Source: Alphaproteobacteria bacterium (GTDB taxonomy: Bacteria; Pseudomonadota; Alphaproteobacteria; GM7ARS4; G965262615). From it: a DNA stretch of 64,000 nucleotides. The position numbers were made by a program, and so were the translations under genes. The notes under the pieces were generated by a model that was given only the letters and a program-made list of their open reading frames with translations, did no database searches and was not told the DNA's origin. This document shows, piece by piece, positions 61,236 to 64,000 of the stretch (positions within the stretch are counted from its first letter, which is position 1; the number at the start of each line of letters is the position of its first letter). The stretch spans positions 288,001 through 352,000 of the forward strand of contig OZ253545.1 in NCBI GenBank assembly GCA_965262615.1, given 5' to 3'.

Positions 61236-61264
61236 ATTTTCTTTGATTATGTGACACTCGTCAA
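61236..61264 (-). promoter_or_regulatory. Possible sigma70 promoter of rho
   Basis: Minus-strand TTGACG, 17 bp, GAAAAT in the hemJ-rho gap. Confidence 0.4.
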
Positions 61265-61273
61265 GACATAATC

Positions 61274-61702
61274 TCAAAAAGGTTGAAAAACCACTAAGGC
61301 GACAATTAAAATCATCAAGACTGTGGGAACTTCATTCATCATGCGAAAAAATGATGACGGATGAGAATTGTTGCCAGCCACAAGGTCTTTGTGCCAGCGA
61401 GTGGCGATTCCTTGAAATGCCGATAATCCCAGCACCAAAACGACTTTTATCCATAACCATAATGGCACTGCCAGACCGAAATTAACCCATGTAAGAAAAA
61501 TTCCTGACAGGTATGTCACAATCATCGCCGGATTCATGATGATTCGCAACAGGCGATGTTCCATCATTCCAAGTGTCTTTGCCGTATCCGATTGCGCCGC
61601 GGCTTGGGCGTGATAGACAAACAAACGAGGCAGATACAATAAGCCCGCCATCCAAGCAATCATCGCAACGATGTGAATCAATTCTAAGGTTTTATAAATC
61701 AT
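61274..61702 (-). CDS. hemJ: Protoporphyrinogen IX oxidase HemJ
   Basis: HIVAMIAWMAGLLYLPRLFVYHA, ME.RL...IMNPAM, W...K, FR..NEVPT, PF end. Confidence 0.95.
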   Translation of the reverse strand: MIYKTLELIHIVAMIAWMAGLLYLPRLFVYHAQAAAQSDTAKTLGMMEHRLLRIIMNPAMIVTYLSGIFLTWVNFGLAVPLWLWIKVVLVLGLSAFQGIATRWHKDLVAGNNSHPSSFFRMMNEVPTVLMILIVALVVFQPF

Positions 61703-62714
61703 AGGAGCGAATAAACCGGATGAGCTGTTCAATGTGAGCAGGCGGCGTGACAGGAAGAATTCCGTGACCGCAATTGAAGATGTAACATCCATTGCCCAAA
61801 GTGTCCAATATTTTTTGTGTTTGTGCCATCATTCTTTTTCCTCCAACGACAAGATAAGTCGGATCAAGCGTTCCTTGCACGGCGGCATAGGGTTGCACAT
61901 GGTCAGCGAGCCATGATGGTGGCATCGTGCTGTCGCAGCTGACACCATCGGCACCACTGTGCATGGCAAGCGATTGATGTGAAACGCCACATCCCTTGGC
62001 AAACACGATTATTTTGCCATTGGGAACGGATTTTTTGATGCGTTTGATAATCTCTTTCATGGGTGTCAGACAATAATCATGAAAAAGACTCTCAGGCAAA
62101 CATCCTGCCCAAGAATCAAAAATTTGAATAGCATCAGCTCCCGCTTTTAGTTGATTAATGGCATGACAACTACAGGCTTCAATTAAAACATCCATCAAAT
62201 GAGAAAAATCATCTGGATTATTGAGACTCCACAAACGGGCATTGAGAAAATCACGAGATGTGTGTCCTTCAATCATATAGGCAGCCAAAGTCCATGGTGC
62301 ACCGACAAAGCCCATAAGTGTCTGATGAGGTGAAAGATGTGACTTCACAATATCCAAAGATTCGTAGACAACATTTAATTGGTGAGAAAACAAATCTTCA
62401 GAAAAATCGCACCCTTGATAAGGAGACAACGATGGCCCTTGTTTTTCGGTAAAAGACACCTCACTGCCTAAAGCGCGAGGAATCAATAAAATGTCCGAGA
62501 AAATAATGGCAGCGTCCAAATCAAATCGTTTGAGAGGTTGCAGCGTTGCCTTCACGGTGAGGTGTGAATCATGACAAAAATCAATAAAGTTTTTCTTTTT
62601 TTGTCTGAGTTTTTGATACTCTGGAAGATAGCGTCCCGCCTGACGCATAAACCAAATCGGCGGGGACGATTCATGATGACCCGATAGAACATTGAGCAGT
62701 TTTTTATGTGCCAT
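61692..62714 (-). CDS. hemE: Uroporphyrinogen decarboxylase
   Basis: PIWFMRQAGRYLPEY, DAAIIFSDIL, GF.GAPWTLA.YM.EG, QIFDSWAG, FN.GHGI. Confidence 0.97.
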   Translation of the reverse strand: MAHKKLLNVLSGHHESSPPIWFMRQAGRYLPEYQKLRQKKKNFIDFCHDSHLTVKATLQPLKRFDLDAAIIFSDILLIPRALGSEVSFTEKQGPSLSPYQGCDFSEDLFSHQLNVVYESLDIVKSHLSPHQTLMGFVGAPWTLAAYMIEGHTSRDFLNARLWSLNNPDDFSHLMDVLIEACSCHAINQLKAGADAIQIFDSWAGCLPESLFHDYCLTPMKEIIKRIKKSVPNGKIIVFAKGCGVSHQSLAMHSGADGVSCDSTMPPSWLADHVQPYAAVQGTLDPTYLVVGGKRMMAQTQKILDTLGNGCYIFNCGHGILPVTPPAHIEQLIRFIRSYDL

Positions 62715-62966
62715 AATTAAATTAATTAATTAATTGTAGGAGTAATTGAAAGTATCATATCTCGGTTAAATTCAATGATAACAAATTATAAACAAATGAC
62801 GCACAAAATCTCATATTGGAATTTCACCTGTGCTTTATTTGCACGAAGTTATAACTCTTATCAACAGAGTGTGGTTTTTGAATGGATGTGTTATTGTTAT
62901 GTTGATAAAAAATTATAACAATGAAAAATTATTGATTTATGTTTAATCTTTGACAAGATATACACC
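62715..62966. other. oriC: Putative chromosomal replication origin (oriC)
   Basis: Very AT-rich gap next to hemE (the usual alphaproteobacterial location); DnaA-box-like TTATAAACA 62786, TTATCAACA 62858, TGTTGATAA 62900; + strand flips from C/A-rich to G/T-rich here; parS about 20 kb away. Confidence 0.85.
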
Positions 62967-63572
62967 ATGCAAACAAAGAAAGATCTCATTTTAGCATCGG
63001 GGAGTGTGTCTCGGCGAAGATTATTATCGGCGGCGGGCGTTGAATTTGTAATTGATTCGGCGAATGTTGATGAAGAGTCCATCAGATATGAGTGGCAAAA
63101 AGCGGGCAAGAAGGTTGCGGCAGCGGCTCTTTTTTTGTCTGAGCAAAAGGCTTTGCGTGTGAGTCATCGTCATGGTTCAAAGCATGTGATTGGTTCGGAT
63201 CAAATTCTTCATGTGGAAAATGTGTGGCTGAAGAAACCAGAGACGATGGATGAGGTGCGCGAGCAGCTGCTATTTTTGCGCGGTAAAAAAGCGCAATTGA
63301 CAACGGGCGTGTGCGTGGCATTGCAGGAGACGATTGTGTGGCATGATGTGCAATCGGTGACAGCATATTTTCGTCTTTGGAATGAGGATTTTTTGAGTTC
63401 TTATATGTCTTGTTGTGGGGATTCCATTATTGGCGTTTCGGGTGCGTGTTGCTTGGAGCGAGAGGGTGTTCAGCTTCTTGAGAAGATTGAGGGTGATTAT
63501 CATAGTTTTTTGGGCTTGCCTCTTTTTTCGTTGTTGTCTTTTTTGCGTCAGGCGGAGGTGATTTCATCGTGA
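62967..63572 (+). CDS. maf: Maf-like nucleotide pyrophosphatase
   Basis: LILASGSVSRRRLL..AG, VDEE, KA..VS, VIGSDQIL, KP, GDY...LGLPL. Confidence 0.92.
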   Translation: MQTKKDLILASGSVSRRRLLSAAGVEFVIDSANVDEESIRYEWQKAGKKVAAAALFLSEQKALRVSHRHGSKHVIGSDQILHVENVWLKKPETMDEVREQLLFLRGKKAQLTTGVCVALQETIVWHDVQSVTAYFRLWNEDFLSSYMSCCGDSIIGVSGACCLEREGVQLLEKIEGDYHSFLGLPLFSLLSFLRQAEVISS

Positions 63573-64000
63573 CGCGCTTGGGTGTGATTGGTTATCCGGC
63601 ATCTCATTCTTTGTCGCCACTGATTCATTCCTATTGGTTTGAGCGGCATGGCATTGAGGGTGTTTATGAGATTGTGGAATCCTCGGATTTTTTATCGGAT
63701 GCTCACAAGTGCTGTATTTGTGGTTGGCGCGGTTTGAATGTGACTTTGCCCTATAAGGAAGATGCCTATCATTGGGTGGATGAGAAAGATGAGGCGGCAC
63801 AAGCGATGGGAGCGGTGAATTGTGTGGTGTTCGACAACGGCAAACGCACGGGCTACAATACCGATGCCTTTGGCTTTGGTGCATCATTGGATGAGGAAGC
63901 TGCGTGGTGGCGTGAGCGTGACCAAGAGACGGTGGTTGTTTTGGGGGCGGGGGGCGTTGCCCGTGCCATTGTGTATGCTTTGCGCGAGGCTGGATTTTCT
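63569..64000 (+). CDS. aroE: Shikimate dehydrogenase, N-terminal part (3'-truncated; absent from ORF track)
   Basis: Manual translation from GTG 63569: LGVIGYPASHSLSPLIH, GLNVTLPYKE, GAVN, GYNTDAFGF, LGAGGVARA; GTGA overlap with maf. Confidence 0.93.
   Translation, partial: MTRLGVIGYPASHSLSPLIHSYWFERHGIEGVYEIVESSDFLSDAHKCCICGWRGLNVTLPYKEDAYHWVDEKDEAAQAMGAVNCVVFDNGKRTGYNTDAFGFGASLDEEAAWWRERDQETVVVLGAGGVARAIVYALREAGFS

Noticed and set aside
62715-62735. CtrA box (TTAA-N7-TTAA) in the TTAA run next to hemE
   Set aside because: The TTAA units are not at 7-bp spacing; more likely an AT-rich unwinding element.

Overview
A 64-kb core-genome segment of a compact Alphaproteobacterium with many ATGA/TAATG gene overlaps and divergent proteins. 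It ends at the likely replication origin, the AT-rich gap between hemE and maf where strand composition flips. About 66 CDS are recognisable: dxs, meaB, rpmB, pyrE, pstCAB-phoU, trpGDC-moaC-moeA, purCSQL, an Fe(III) ABC transporter, ETF-QO, thrS-infC-rpmI-rplT-pheST-lepA, mnmG-rsmG-parAB with two parS sites, mnmE, yejABEF, dnaA-dnaN-recF, rho-hemJ-hemE and maf-aroE. I saw no rRNA, tRNA, IS, integrase or CRISPR. The most unusual signal is a recurring class of tandem duplications (6-174 bp) centred on gene-gene junctions, usually where the two genes would otherwise overlap. The non-functional copies differ from the live genes mostly at synonymous sites. Other highlights are an orphan AT-rich Bro-N/BstA-like candidate anti-phage gene, an orphan MT-A70 methyltransferase coupled to phoU, a DnaA with a DHTT->NHTT change matching variant TTAT(C/A)AACA boxes at oriC, and scattered PQQ-dehydrogenase-type accessory genes. 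All calls are by eye from the sequence and ORF track; no database searches were run.
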